Assembly (NCBI RefSeq): GCF_000150275.1
Contig: NW_002060951.1
Coordinates: 1,622,297-1,686,296 of the forward strand
Length of the DNA: 64,000 nt
DNA from: Trichoplax adhaerens
Taxonomy: Eukaryota; Animalia; Placozoa
Reading direction: 5' to 3'
How positions within the stretch are numbered: position 1 is the stretch's first letter; every line of letters starts with the position of its first letter. The notes beneath the pieces are model-generated. The model saw nothing but the letters and a program-made list of their open reading frames with translations, was not told where the DNA came from and did not search any database. Below are positions 1 to 14,529 of this stretch, one piece after another. The position numbers were made by a program, and so were the translations under genes.

Positions 1-10
1 TATATCTTAC

Positions 11-2911
11 CTGTCTTTACAATATTTGCGCTCCCAAATCGTAAAAACCATTAGTAATAGCCCTTAAAGACAATAAAGTACAAATAATATTGATGTGCTG
101 AAAGCTATTATTATTGTTTAAAATCCTTACGGTAGGTGAACTAAGCAACCACTACTACCTTAGCTCGCAGTTTCAATACCGATAATTGTTGAATATTATT
201 TTAAGGAGACTTACTTCAGCAACGAGAACGAAACCAAGTACCTGTAAACAATAGTAACAAAGGTTAGATAAAAATAAAAAGATTTATAGCATACGCACCT
301 GTTATATTGGAGTATTTATAGACTTTAATTTATCCTATGTAGTCATACCGATGAAGACCAATCAAAACTGATACTATCTAGGGTATTAAAAGATCCTCCA
401 ATAAAAGGCCCTACTATTTCACTGCGAAAAAGCGAATAAAGTAAAATGGGATAAGGGAATTTATACAGAAACGTCGTAAAATAAAAATAGATATGCAGTC
501 CATAAACCGTATATACACTACAGTGTTACATTCGGTCTATCATACCCTAATGAGAAAAATGCTGAAACCAATCCTGAAATTACTGAAAATACTACAAAAT
601 CGTTTCCGATGTTTCTCTTTCTATGAATTTGAAACACATATGTGAAAAAATATAGCGTAGTAAGCTATGTTAACTGCTAGCAAAAACTCTATTAATACGG
701 TATACATTATGTATACTAACTTGGCAGCTTCAATCATATCTGGAAAAACTGGAGTAAAGACCATTCCGAGACCGATACCAAGAAAGATCAAAGAAATAAT
801 CGATAGCCACAGTTTCCTAAGATTTATTTAAAACAAGATATTCATGTTCCATCTTTCAATATTTTGGAAATAAAATACTAACAGTGACAGATGTAAATAA
901 GGTGCTGGTCCGACAAATTAAAACGAAACTCCAGCGAGAAGACAACCTAGGACAATAAACGGCCGGTATCCCTATAGATTGAAACCAAGAAAATACACGA
1001 TATTAGTAAAATTTGTTTACAGCTAAGCGAAAATAAATCTAATATCTTGTTATTGCCTTATATAACTCATATGGTACACGTTAAAACTAACCCACTTATC
1101 AGACAGCCTTCCAGCCACCGCTGACATAACACCATAAGCACCTGAAGGTGCCAAAAATACCAAACCTATGCCCGTTGGGGTGAGCTTAAGCTGGTGGGGT
1201 TCAAAATTTCGATATTATATTCAATATTAATTATAGATACAGTTTAATAAATTCATTTCAGATAGAAAATGATATGAATTTTACTGATTACCAGCATTAG
1301 TAATTTTATGTAATCGGTCCAAGATTTTGATATCATTTAAATTTACTTACAGGTTTAAGATGGAGGGCCAAGCTAGGATCGAAGAACGTTATAGCAGCTA
1401 TGCAAGATGCTATTGCAAAGCCTGTAAGAAGAAAAACATAGAGATATCATTTGCTTATAGTACAAATGTCTTACAAGCTTAATGTATTATAGTATTTAGT
1501 ATCTTTATACTTTACTTTAGTTTAATTACTTAGTACGGTGATATGTGGAATTCGAAGAATAATTTTCATAGAGTTCCATGCTGAAACTTTAGGACCTGAT
1601 TCTGTAATTGGAAAGCAGATTTATATGTAAATAGCGCCCTAAAGATGTTGAAATTATTTTTATTCTGAAATTAAATGGATAGAATCATTCATAAAATGAA
1701 TCACAGCCTAAAGTTACATACCCCGAATGGATGGCATAAAGATGAGAAGGACGATTGCACTGGCAGCCATAAATCCTCCAGTTACGATGAACGGTAATTT
1801 AAAATCTCCAACCTGGGAAACATGTACATTAATATTAGTTTTTTGAACTCAATGTTACTCTGCATTAGCGTTATTTGCCTCTTCTTCTATTTAGCTAATG
1901 TACGAGTAAGAATAATTAGTTTAAGAATATGCAAAGATGTATAAAATTATTGTCTAACCTGATATAGTAAGCCTCGATTAATGGTCCAAGCGCTGCACCT
2001 AAGCTAGTAAATACTTCCAAACTTCCCTATTTACATTATTCAAACGAAATTAATTTCGATATATTACTAGTACCGTATTTAATAAGGGTATTACAAGTTA
2101 GAATACTATAACTACGCTGTATATTACTGTACCAGTGCTGTAGCCATCGATTCTTGAAAAAGGGAAGCAGCAACAGCAAATGTAGCAGTTTGATAAGCGG
2201 CTACTGTAATTCCCTGCACGGGCCCGAACAATGATACAAATGGCTACAAATATCGATGAACTTGGAATAATGGATAAAAACCTAACATAAAAGGTTAATG
2301 AAAGAAATTGTTAGCGATGATAAGATCACTGGCATGTATAACAACCGGACCTAGCTTGGAATGTTGTAAATGTTGTAAAGAAAGGTAAAGTTATCATTAT
2401 TATACCCGAACATAATGGTGCAGCAAGCTTCAGTAAACATTCCGGTAAATAAAAGAAACTTTGGCCCTACTTTAGGCAACTACATGTTATAAAATAGATC
2501 ACTTTCAATATATAATAATGCTAATCAGATGATATCAAGTAAAATTTAAGAACATGAGAATTTTATGAAGTCAATTCATACTAGAACAAGTATGGCTACA
2601 AAGCAAAGCCGCCATAAAGAAAATTTACCAGTATTCCAAAGAATGGCGATAATAAAAATACCATGATCGGATAAATTGAAAAGATAACGCTAACTAGAAT
2701 TGGCTGCACGTCTTTTTCCGCAGCCTAAAATTTAAATCAAATGATCCAGTATGGAAAAAACTGCAGATACTACAAAGTCAATTAAGCATTTTAAAACGAT
2801 GATAATCCATCGATTTCTTTCAGAAATAATAACTGAAGGGCCTTTCGACACAACCTTTACCGTCTCATTCTCATCTTTTGGGCTATCGATGTTTTGCTTT
2901 GCCGACTCCAT
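11..2911 (-). pseudogene. SLC18B1-like MFS transporter, copy 1 (pseudogene; last exon lies off the left edge)
   Basis: ATG at 2911 (MESAKQNIDSPK...). Exons match the other copies (FFDPSLALHLKP, GRLSDKWGYR, GPAPYL, GPFIGG). Lesions: the end of exon 1, its donor and nearly all of intron 1 are missing (about 22 nt left, 2725-2746); +1 indel at about 2221; -1 indel at about 1975; in-frame TAA at 918-920 where paralogs have Q in QFxGPAP. Confidence 0.88.
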
Positions 2912-5073
2912 TTCGTGCTGATCCTGTAGAAATACAAACTATGGTCGTTTATATTGAAATTTTAAGAACATTAATAAAATTGATTAAGTCTATAGTATTC
3001 GTAAGTGAAGTTACCAGTGATTACAGTTAATTTATCTACAGTGATGGCCGACAGTGAAGTTATCAACCCCAGATTATTAGTGAAATATTAGTAGTACAGT
3101 ATCAGGTATAAAAATAACTAATAATAATTAAACGGCATAATGTAACGATAACATAGATAGAATTGCCAATCTTGGCCTTAACTAGAAAGATATGGCGTGA
3201 AATGGTTCCTAATTATCAACCTGAAGGACAATCGCTAATATGTTTGTAATACCGATTGATCCAGTTCTTATACTACTGATAAATAATAACTTAGAGATCC
3301 TCTAAAAAGCCAACTGTCGTTAGCGATTTGAAGAGATGAATTAGTCCAGTATTTCACGTTGTCTAATGATAATAGCTGTTCTAGTAGGATTGGTTACTAT
3401 AGGAAGATTTGTCTCTAATAGCAATCTACTATAGCTGTTTGTACCAGCTTACAAAGAATCTATCCTACTATGGCAATGCTATCGTAATTACAATTGAATT
3501 AGATAATATACCGTACTAAATAAACACTGTGGTCTAACCAATTTAAGATCTAAAGCTAACAAGGCGAACTGCTTTATCAGATGGCTTCCAAGAGCTTCAC
3601 GTGTTAAGGAAAGACTTTCTAATAGAGTCCTTAAATTGCTCAGCGTCCGATGCTGTCTTGTCTTAGTGCTTTAGTGCGCGCATATATTTGGTTATTTCTG
3701 TTGGAATCTTTATCCAAATAAAGTACAGGGATGTATTGTACTGTAGATCCGATACATTTACAGTCCGTAAATTAGTCATCGGGTATAGAGCGCCGTGAGG
3801 AAATTATAAACGTAACGTTACACTTTATTTTAAATTTTCATAATAAATTAATACTTAATGTATTTCAGTAGCTAGTAGCCATAGCTATTGTTAGGCTCTT
3901 AGCGTTCATTAGATATATTATTGAATGAATTTATTTATTTTATTATACTGTGATTGTATAACAATGTTCTTAAACTACCAGTACATTACTCTGATATAGT
4001 TAGAAATATGACGTAAGCATCGAGTGAAATTAACATATCTACTTCGTATTAGTTAGAAGAGCTGATTTAGCTACCGATTTAATTGAGCTAAACGATTACT
4101 TAAGTAATATCGTGATTATTATCTCAAGTAATATAGTATTCACTATGCAGAATTGTGGACTAGCTAGGATATAAGAGACAACTTTGAGGAAAGGTCTGCT
4201 TTCATTACCAACGATAAATGTAATTGATAATTATCTAATCCTGAACTATAATAAAATATTATGAACTCAAAATTAGTTCTCACTAATATAGTAGATTGTA
4301 AATCATAAAGTGCTTTAAAAACTCCAAATATCGAGTATTTCCTAGTGTAGATATGCTAATCGAACGATCTTTATTTAATACAGATAGCAATTCTTTCTAT
4401 CATGAACTGAATTTTTCTAACAATAAGTAATAAAGTAAAAAGATGCTAGTCACTTTTTAAAATTTTGACCCAAATACGTGTACGTTTAATAGGACCGAAT
4501 GACAGATTATAAATTTCTTACACAACAGGTAATTATTTTTATCAGTTATATTTTATTTTGTGATTAGAATAATAAGCTAATAATTATGTATAATCAGCGG
4601 CTTGATAAGAATCACTACATTTAGTGTCGGTCGTTGGAACATTTTTGGTAATACCATATTTAATGTGGGTAACACTAATTAGGAACCCACACTATTCGTT
4701 TGTCCACACTAATTGCCGTAGGTAGTGTAGCTGTCGAATTTTCAACGGCTGTATTTATTTCCCAAGCAGTCATCCTGTGGATATAAATATTATGTTGCCT
4801 ATCATCACAAACGAATCATTTGGCTGCTCATTATATTCTTGTTAATTCGCTCAATACATGACGTTAGCAAAGATAGGTTCAATAATGTTATATTATAAAT
4901 TCTAGAGATGATAGTTATTACGATGTATTAAATATCTAAATGTTTGTAAAAGCAGCGATTATATTAAAACTGTAGAAGATCAAAAATATCACAAAGAATA
5001 GTATGGCACTTGAGAGCGAACCTGTCGCAATTTTATACTTTCTTCAAATAGCGAATCGCTAGTCAACTCAGAG

Positions 5074-8000
5074 TTATTTTTCCATTGCATTAGTAGCCTT
5101 CGAAACGTATTCAGTACTATCGCTTGTGCTATATGTAACATCACCAGATGTCTCTTTCGTTATTTTCTGTTTTAAAAGAGTTTGTCTTGTTTCATCGTCG
5201 ATCTCATCAGATTGGAGTTTTCTAATAAATATAATATCGTTCCAAAAGTACAGAATTGATTCTAGTAGACTTAGCAGAGAATGCAGTAAAGCTCTATCAA
5301 GTAAGTTTCTAACCTTTTACTTTTGCATTTCTCGTATAAAAGATAGCAAGAAATCACCAATGCCTATAATTAAATGGTAAAGGCTTTTAAACCAGGAAAA
5401 GCAGACAGTGTTGGATCTCTTTTAAATGTAAGTGTGATATATACAGTAAGTTAGAGAACGTAGGTACCCATTTAGATAATGTAAGACATTCTGTGGTTAT
5501 TAATTTTATTGCTTTAAAAGTAGCAACCGAAAATAGCTGCAACCTCTTTAGTTAAGATAAGAATACAGTAGTTAAAAATACCAGATTATAAATTTTTGTC
5601 GAAATCCATTACCCAACGATAGGATTAATGTTTACTTAAAATTTTTTAATTTTTTGAATATATATTTCCAGATGGAAATAATATTTAATAACTTATGAAA
5701 TTTTGAGGCTCTTATCTAGAAACTTAGCTGCCAGAATTATATCGGAAATACGAATTTGTACGGTACTTATAAATTTTAGATGAGTTTACACCAAGCACTA
5801 CATACAAGATTTGATCTATAACACTCTCATACTCTACGATCATTATATTTATAGCTAAGATAAGATTCTTCAAGTTTTCATCTTATGCTTCGTTTTGCTA
5901 CTGTACAAGTTATAGCTGTCAGCAATGATTTAATTCATCGAATTAAATATATTTATGTTGCGTTAATTATTTGACTTACGTGAGCGAATAGGATATAGCC
6001 GAGGAGCTAACATAAGCATAAATTATACTACTTTGAGTTCATAATTTTAAGTCATGTTACAATCGGCACTCTGAAATAACTTACAGATGAAGTCCATGGA
6101 AACCCAAGTTTAGGCACGACAATGAGAGCTTCTCCAACTATAGGGCCTATAATTAATCTGTAAATATCGTTAAAAAGACTGCTGTAGTTTCTTCAATCCT
6201 ATCGCCATCACTCCCTTTCTCTTTTCATTCGAATTAGTATGAATTTAAATTTAACGGTTAAAATTATTATCAACTGCGAAGATTACCCGAGTGCCTGGGC
6301 TGCTTTAAATAATCCAGATCCTACGGAATAAGTTGCCAGGTTGTCACCGATATTTTTGTTTCTACAGAAAGAAGAAAAAAATTTACTTTCATACAATTGT
6401 AATTATTTAATAATTTTTAAGATATTTTATTTGCATTACTTTCCATACATGCACGAGTAGATTTTAGACGATACAGCATCTACTGCATTATTCTTGGTTT
6501 TATTATAATTATTAGAGTGCACAATATCGCTATTGATACGGACTTACGCTGCAACGCTTAATAATTCTGCGAAAGAAGGCATAAATAGGAAATTTGTTCC
6601 AATACCATAGATAATAAGTCCAATTACTACTAGCCGCATATTCCTGGTAGGAGCAATATTACTTTATTATTTTTTATCACTTAACGGAGATTGTGACAAA
6701 ACTGCCCTTTCTGGGTCATTTGAATGGCTGGGATATGACTTACAATGGAATTTTCCAATATGGCGCCGGAGCAAGCAATTGCAGGGATATTGCCATAATA
6801 ATTAATCCAGCGACTACAAATTGTCGATAACCCTAGGATAGGATGTAAATGAATTATTTTTACTGCTGTGTGGATAGAATGTGCTCGTAACTAGAGAAAT
6901 TTAACACAGTTGGCAACAATTAATAATGCAAGATTACGTATCGATCAGCGGCCATTCCCGTCATTATAGCTATAAGAGCATAGGTGCCAGCGGGAATCAA
7001 AAACACCATTCCAATTTGTAAATACGTCAAATTGAGCTAACGATAATTCAATAGAAAGAAAAATATGGAATAACATGACAAATATTTAATAAACATGACG
7101 CTTTTACTCTCAAATAATTTCAGTCGAACAAAAATGATTTAATCTCATTTTTAGCAATAGTGATGATTAATTCCGTTTTAAACAAATTCCAAGGGATAAT
7201 CGGGTAACCTTTTTGATATGAATGGAATAATTAATTTCCAAAAATGTCAGTGTCATAATACCCAGACAAACCGCAATACCTAAAATCAGATCCAACGAAA
7301 CAATGATAAGATAGCAATTATCATGTAGTTGTTACGATTATTTGTTTTCTATTACTGCCAGGCCAAGAACGCTTTCTGCTATACTAACAAATAAGATAAA
7401 CATATGGAATCTTGCAGAATTTCTTCATAATTTTAGTAGTTGATACACTTTCATCTAGTTGACAATAAAAATTTTAGATTTTATTGGCGATGTAGTCGCG
7501 AATGTACGGCTGCCTTAATGGATTCATAATAATTTGCGATAGAGTTGTTGAAATAACCTTTCGCTTAATTATATCGTACTGATGATAGTTAGACAGTTAA
7601 TTAGATATTCTTAATAAAGATAGAGTAGCAGTGCATGCCTAAATAGTTTACCTTTAGAAACAGGTATGAAGTAAGCAACTATTGGTGCCATACCAACCAT
7701 AAAGCTTCCTACAATTGTAAAAGGTAGTATAAAGCCTCCTACCTAGAGATTGTATTTGTTAATTCTTGTTAGTAATCACTTAAGTAGAGGTGTCTTAAAT
7801 GTATTATATACGTATATATGTGAGCATATATATTAAACGCAAGGTAGACAAGTTTAAAGGGCAGTATATTATCTACGAAGTGGTCTCGAATCTGCATCAA
7901 ACTATTTTTTTATTCTAGTTAAAAGCCTATACCGGATACTGGCAACTGATTAAATATAACTTTATTAGTCGACTGTTTAGTAAGCAATTCCCTAGTTTTT

Positions 8001-9793
8001 ATTTGCCTTTACACAGTGATAGTGAATATACTATCCGTAATTATTGTATCAATTTAAATCTCGAATTATTTTACTATGTTTAAGAACAAAAGTTTGTCTT
8101 TATAATATTATTTTTAAGGTCGATCAACATTAATCGTTATTAGTAATACCGTAAATAGTACTCCCCCAATTGGAGGCCCAATTGCGTATCCTAAGCTACT
8201 AAATGTTTCGATAACCCCCTATCAATTATATAAATGAGATTAAATTATAGTTAGAGATTTTAAATATAACCAAATGTGAGAGCTTAGGGCATTTTTCATT
8301 CCATTGTAAATTGAAATACACGGATTACAATATGATTTTGATTTTAATTGAAATTCTTGACTCAACTATTCCGTAAACTACAGTATAATAGATAGTAACA
8401 AAACATGGTAAAATTCAAAAGTATACTGCATAGCAAATGTTTAACAATTTCTACTAGATTTACAGTTATTTAATATAGCTCTTGACGTACCATCGTTGTA
8501 GCTATAGATTGACGAAACAATGAAGCTACTATACTATAAGCTGCAGTAATATAGCAGGCTGCCCCTAATCCTTGTACAAATCGCAGTATTATAGCTAAAA
8601 TAAGAAAAATCTTTTTGTCACTGATCCAATTTAGAAACCTAAGAGTCGACATAAAAACGATAAAAATGTGGTAACATAGTCGCAGTCAATATTATGCATC
8701 ATCTACTAATTTAGAATCGAAGGTCAAGGCTAACCCAAAAAGGATAGAACATCCACCTTCTATGGTTAATCCAGCCCAAATCATATACCTGGAGCCTATG
8801 GATGGAACCTAATAGACATTATTTATTGTTCATTGATTATTAAAATTTAATAATTTGGAATAACATTTTTTTAAAGGCTAGGATTTTAAGAAATCGCCAC
8901 AGATGCACATCTTATTCTCGGTGATGTAGCATCTCACGGTAAAACTCTTCTACTAACACAAATATTTTCTAACACTACAATACAGTAGAGACAGAGTATT
9001 AAGACAATAATTTCAGTTTTATAATCAAGCTCAAATACTGCTTACAAACTCTTTGTTGAGAATGATCTTTTCTAATTAATACCTACCATAAGACCAAATA
9101 TTGGCGAACTTATAAACATAGCTAAGGGATATACAGCGTAGACAAAGCCAATTTCGTTTAAGGATAAACCTTTCTTTATAACCTGTGCACCAATAAAAAC
9201 CGGAGAAATTGCGTGTAATCACTGTATAAAGTTAGCATAGTACTTTTACTTTAATTTGATAGTGGTCTAAACACCATCGCACAAATTAACACTAATTTGT
9301 AACAAAACTTATGTATGATATGTGGAATAGCTATTATTATATAGTTTGGACTAAAATTATAGCATCAACCATCTTTAAAGGAATATCAGTGTTTAGTAAA
9401 GTACTACCATCTACGCGCTAATAGTAATCATTAAAATGATGAAAGAGTTAAGGAGCTAAAGTTTCTATGTTTTAACATTCCACACTGATACTACCCTTAA
9501 TAGCCTGAATTAGCGATAACACTTAATACATGTTAGCATTTTTAATTTTCAGTAATCTAGATGATGAGTTAATAAAACTGTCAATCTATACTACAAATTT
9601 ATCGAAACAGCAATTAAAATGTCATTTGATATTATTTACAATAAAAGTACTGGTATCTCCCAATATTTCCAACCTCTGTCGCAAAGAACGGAACCAATAA
9701 ACTATAAAGAGATTGAGCGATCAAGCTTAATAGGCATAAAAATACGGTGGTTAACATTCGATATCCTGGTAACTGGGTTTTGTCGGGCTCCAT
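5074..9793 (-). CDS. SLC18B1: SLC18B1-like MFS vesicular transporter, copy 2 (16 exons, intact)
   Basis: Manual GT-AG splicing gives an open frame from MEPDKTQLPG (YSLLVPFF, RFVQGLGAA, motif C LGYAIGPPIGGVL, GFILPF, ADRYGYR) to a TAA at 5074-5076. TM1 resembles SLC18B1 YSILGPFFP. Confidence 0.88.
9375..9500. mobile_element. Possible short MITE with TTAA flanks in intron 1 of copy 2
   Basis: Left end TTAA-AGGAATATCAGTGT; right end reverse complement TTAA-GGGTAGTATCAGTGT (imperfect TIR, 9-bp exact core). Confidence 0.3.
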
Positions 9794-12700
9794 GATAGTT
9801 GAATCCATAAAAATAACAGATTTCTTCAAGATCTAGAATATTTTTAGTGACAGTAGCGATCGATGAAAATTAATAATCTGACGATCAAATTCCATGCAGG
9901 AGTAACAGTATACAGTTTTTAGATTGATAAAAGATAAATATACAATATTTCAACTGTAAGATTGCATTAGACCATGACGTACTCTTCAATTAACGTGTAG
10001 GTGTATATTCATAGGAGTAGAGTTATACAAACTAAGGTTTAACTGTTTATTGAACTAGTATTAATTACCAAATCTATATTAATCTTTGGTAATCAGTCGA
10101 TCTGTCAGTACTATTATATCTAAATTAACAATGTTTTTATTGAATCTAGTGTTACGAATTTAAACAAAGGTAAAATAATCTTTAAATCGACCATTTTTCC
10201 TTACGATACATTATACAAATGTTTTGTTTTGAAATTAAGATATTTACAGTACGGTAGTGATGGAGGTTGGGATTGTATTGAGATAGCTAGATTATAGAGT
10301 AGCATCAGTGAAGGAATTTAAATATTAATTCTACAAAAATCTTTAAGAATGAATTAATAAATTCTAAACTTCTTATGAGATTAACCGTGTTTGTAGTATT
10401 GGCTGTTTACTATAGTAAAAAATTGAATCTTATTTGTAAGACTTCGAGACCCTAAAGCTGAATTTTTCATTTCAGTGATATTCTGACACTAAGATGCTAT
10501 ACTTTTTCCGCAAACAGCTGAAATCTTCCATTAGGGCACGGTAATCAAAGTGTCAATTATTCTCTCTGATTTTTTTAATCAACAAATATTCGTTTATTTA
10601 TTATCAAACAAATATATCTGCATATGCGAATATTTACTAATCATTTAAAAGTACTAGAAGATTATATATTTAGCTTATTTTAGATTATAAGATAGTCTTG
10701 CTATTTTCTAATAGTGACTTATTCATATTGATAGTTACTTTAATGGAGCCTTGATAGTATGGGTCCTATAGCAGTTATTGTACGGCAACATTACTAATGA
10801 AGATGGCATGCATATGCCTTACTGCTCAATTAGATAATATTAACGTTTAATGTGCATTTATAATTTTATACGGGCAGTAGAAAGTACACTGCTGAAGATG
10901 GAGTAGATAAAGTACAGTGATTTTTATAGTAGTATTTCAGAAAGAGAATGAATACAATTATCTATATAATTATAATACACGCGCACCATACAGTTGCTAC
11001 GCTGATTAGTAAAAATCTTAAGCCCTACCATATATCTGTGAGCACCTTTTATAAAAGAATCTTACAACAGTATTAACATGAATAATATGTGTACAGAAAC
11101 TTGAAATGCTGTCATTTGTATAATCTAGTAGTATAATATTTCTATTGGGATAATAGAGATATTTTAAAAATATTATGTAAGTGACTTTATGTGATTTGTA
11201 ATCGTGTAGCTTGCTGTTTTTCATCAAAATATGAGTAAAACTCTGAAATTAACATTCTATACGATATTTGTATTTACTGTAAGCCGTAACATTAATGATT
11301 GCAATATTTTGTACCTTAATTTTAGTAAAGTTAACACGAACAGAATTTTACTTCATTTCATCATTGATATTGTCTTCAGATGATGAAATTTGTAAGCTGT
11401 TTCGTTAGTGAAAGCTGTGATCATGAATGTTGGCAATATTTTTCACTTGATAGCGAAATTTTGTATTTCGACAGCAGAATCTTCTATGGTCATTATAGGA
11501 GGAATAAATCAACATAATATCAATTTTAATAGTTGCCTTAAGCATTGTAATTGAAATCACGTGAATTCAATCAAACAATATCCTCTAACATATATTTACC
11601 TAGGGTGGTAATAGATGTTGCACCTGTTACATTCCATGAGGAAGTTTAGAGTTGAAATTCTAATATCAAGCCCTTAGACAAGGAGCTGAACAAGCCGATT
11701 TCAAAATTTATACTTTAAGCCAAGAAAAATGATGAAGTTCATATTAAATACCAAAGTATCCAATACTGCTTCTTTTTGTATAATCTAAGTTCTTATAACA
11801 AGTTCCTTTTGTCTGCTGAAAACCCAGTGGATAAAATCGGTTTTCTTGTAGTATTTGTAAGTAATGCAGTGATCATGTTTGTATTGAAAATACCTTGTCG
11901 TAATAATACGAACATAATTTGACGTATATTCGTATAACATAGGTATCGCCTAGTCATAGCAATTATACAATTTCTCTTTGCAATCTTAGTTTTACCCTAC
12001 ATTTTATACAGAAATAGAGATAAAGTTTAAAATTAGCGTTATTTGAGAATCTACCATCACTCTTTAGTAAAAACCAAAGTAGTAATTACGACTATCACTA
12101 TTATTTGACTTTTGAAGATTGAAAGAGAATACAAATTGTCCGTAAGAAATACTTGATTATTGCTACAATGACTAGATAACTGCAAGATTTATGAAATTTT
12201 AGTAATTAATCAATTAATAATTAGCGGTAATTATATTTTAATAGCTGCCCATTTTGATTGTTGATAGCTGTCATGTTAGCTTGATTTATCTAAAATTTTA
12301 GCTTAATAAATTATTGTCGTGTTTATATTGAGTTGATATAATATTTAAAGTCATCAGGTCATTTAAAATAATAGGAAGTAATTTTCTGCTGGCAATTATG
12401 CATAATATTTATGAGGAGCACAACAGCATCATGTATTTTTAAACATTACTGTGTAGAACTGCACCCGATTGATACCACATGATATCAATAGGAAGTTGGC
12501 TGTACCTAAGAATTCGAGTGTCCTTTACCGTTAAAAATAGACAAAATCATACGAATTTAGGTTTCTACCGCTAGGAATAGGGGAATAACTAGTCAGTTAA
12601 TTGTGTTAATGTTGTATTAAGACGATAATATTATTGTAACAATAATCTTTATCAAAGTCGCTATGCGGTATTACGGTAGTATTTCGACAATAATTCGACA

Positions 12701-14529
12701 TTTTACATAGCATAGTATTAAGATTACATTAGTTAAGATTACTTACGCCATGTTGGAACACTTTTCGAAAACAAAGATAATATTGATGCTTTGAGTAAAT
12801 TACCGATCTGAAAAGGATTCCGATATATGGTATAGGCCTGATAATTACTTTATTCAAATACTTGAAAATACCTCAATGATTGTCACTACTAGGTAAAATT
12901 CTGTCAGAGTGACGATGAAATAACAAAAACCATAGTAGAGTAGTTACTAGGCAGCTAATTTACCATTTATCAAACATTGCAAACACTTCATTACACGGTA
13001 CTGATGATTGTTAGTCCCCAAAAATGTATAAAAATTCATGAATCTCTCCCTGTACTAAAAGTTTTTTATACTTCAGGTATTTTTTGCCCGTTAAATTATA
13101 TTGCATACGACTAATATAAGACTATACTAGACCTTACAGGGTCTATGTCCAACTTCAATAACTGACCATAATATATATACATAGCGGATGAAATTATAGT
13201 ATTATAACATTGAATTTAACCACGTAGAATGAAGTCTTCAGTGTAGTATTGATACTGTACGTGTACAGTAGTACAGTATGAGCGTATAAATCCTACAGTA
13301 TTACAGCATGCTTTAAACTATATGAAATAATTACATTCGTACATTTAATAATGTTAACTTTCAAGTATTTTAGAATATAGACAATTTGAATTTTTATTTT
13401 AGCATCAATCACAACTGCCTACTTGGTTTATAAAATTAAGTAAAAAGCTACAATCATAAAATATTCTAATTTAATGTATAATTTACACGTTGCATTGATA
13501 TGTTATTAATTCTTGTTTATTTTAAAATTTTTTAGCCATTAGTTTTTCAACAGATTGTGAGTAAAATCTGCTACATCTCAAATTTGTAGAAGCTCAATAA
13601 TACATTTATTGCTAAAATACGTTTATTTCGTATGTTTTTTTCGATTGACTGGATATAATATCGATAAATATACAGCATATAATTTTTTAAGGCCTAAGTG
13701 GCTATAATTCCTTAAAATTGATTAAAATAATACAAACAAAGATATTCTATACTAGCAAAATAGTGATATCATGTGTGTGCACATTATAGCACACAATAGT
13801 ATGAAAACATAAGATTTTGTAAGAAAAAGCTGGTACCGATGTAAACATAAAATAAGGTAATGCTGTTTGTCGCTTAAAAACTAGTTTTAGTTCTGTAGCA
13901 CATTTAACTCTATCCAAATATGCAGCTAAGGATGCATACAGTAATGTCTATACTGCATTAGAAACAAAGAGATCCAGTTCTTTTCTTTTATAAGACGTTC
14001 GTAAAAAGTAGAAAGTTATTGGAGAATTAGGGTGACTAATTTGTACACAATTTTTGAGTACTGCACCCAACACATACATGGATACAATGGAGTTTAACTT
14101 TTATAAATCAATCTATAATGGTAAATCATATAAATCTTCAATGATGACACGAACTTGTAAAAGTTTCATTGGGTTAGTTCTAAGAATCCTAAAAGAATTG
14201 ATTATAAAGGTTATTATTTGTATAGCATATCATAATTTGTTGCTTATGTTTATATTTTTACAAAGGTAAGCCATATTGGCCCCTAATAGAGAATAAAACT
14301 TAATTTTGACATCAAAAATTAGGTATCAAATACTTTCAGTGCAGTCGAAGTATTTAAATATATGTTTTGAAAAGACTCGATTTTTATATTCTTTAGAATT
14401 TGGAAAGTCAAATTTTATATGTTCCCAAACGATCAAAATAACACGATGTCTATTATACATGTAAATTTTAAGATTGCCTATTCAATGTGCAGTAATTAAA
14501 ATATTAACGCGATATCATTTTTACTTCAA

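Noticed and set aside
1975-2225. Possible compensating +1/-1 frameshifts restoring copy 1
   Set aside because: The shifted frame hits a TAG in exon 5 before the second indel, and other lesions exist.
4627-4640. TCGGTCGTTGGAAC shared with about 48470
   Set aside because: The 14-bp match extends only weakly; it may be an old repeat, but no element could be defined.
5126-5380. Plus-strand ORFs such as 5126-5380, 15755-15955 and 56031-56288
   Set aside because: They are antisense shadows of minus-strand transporter exons.
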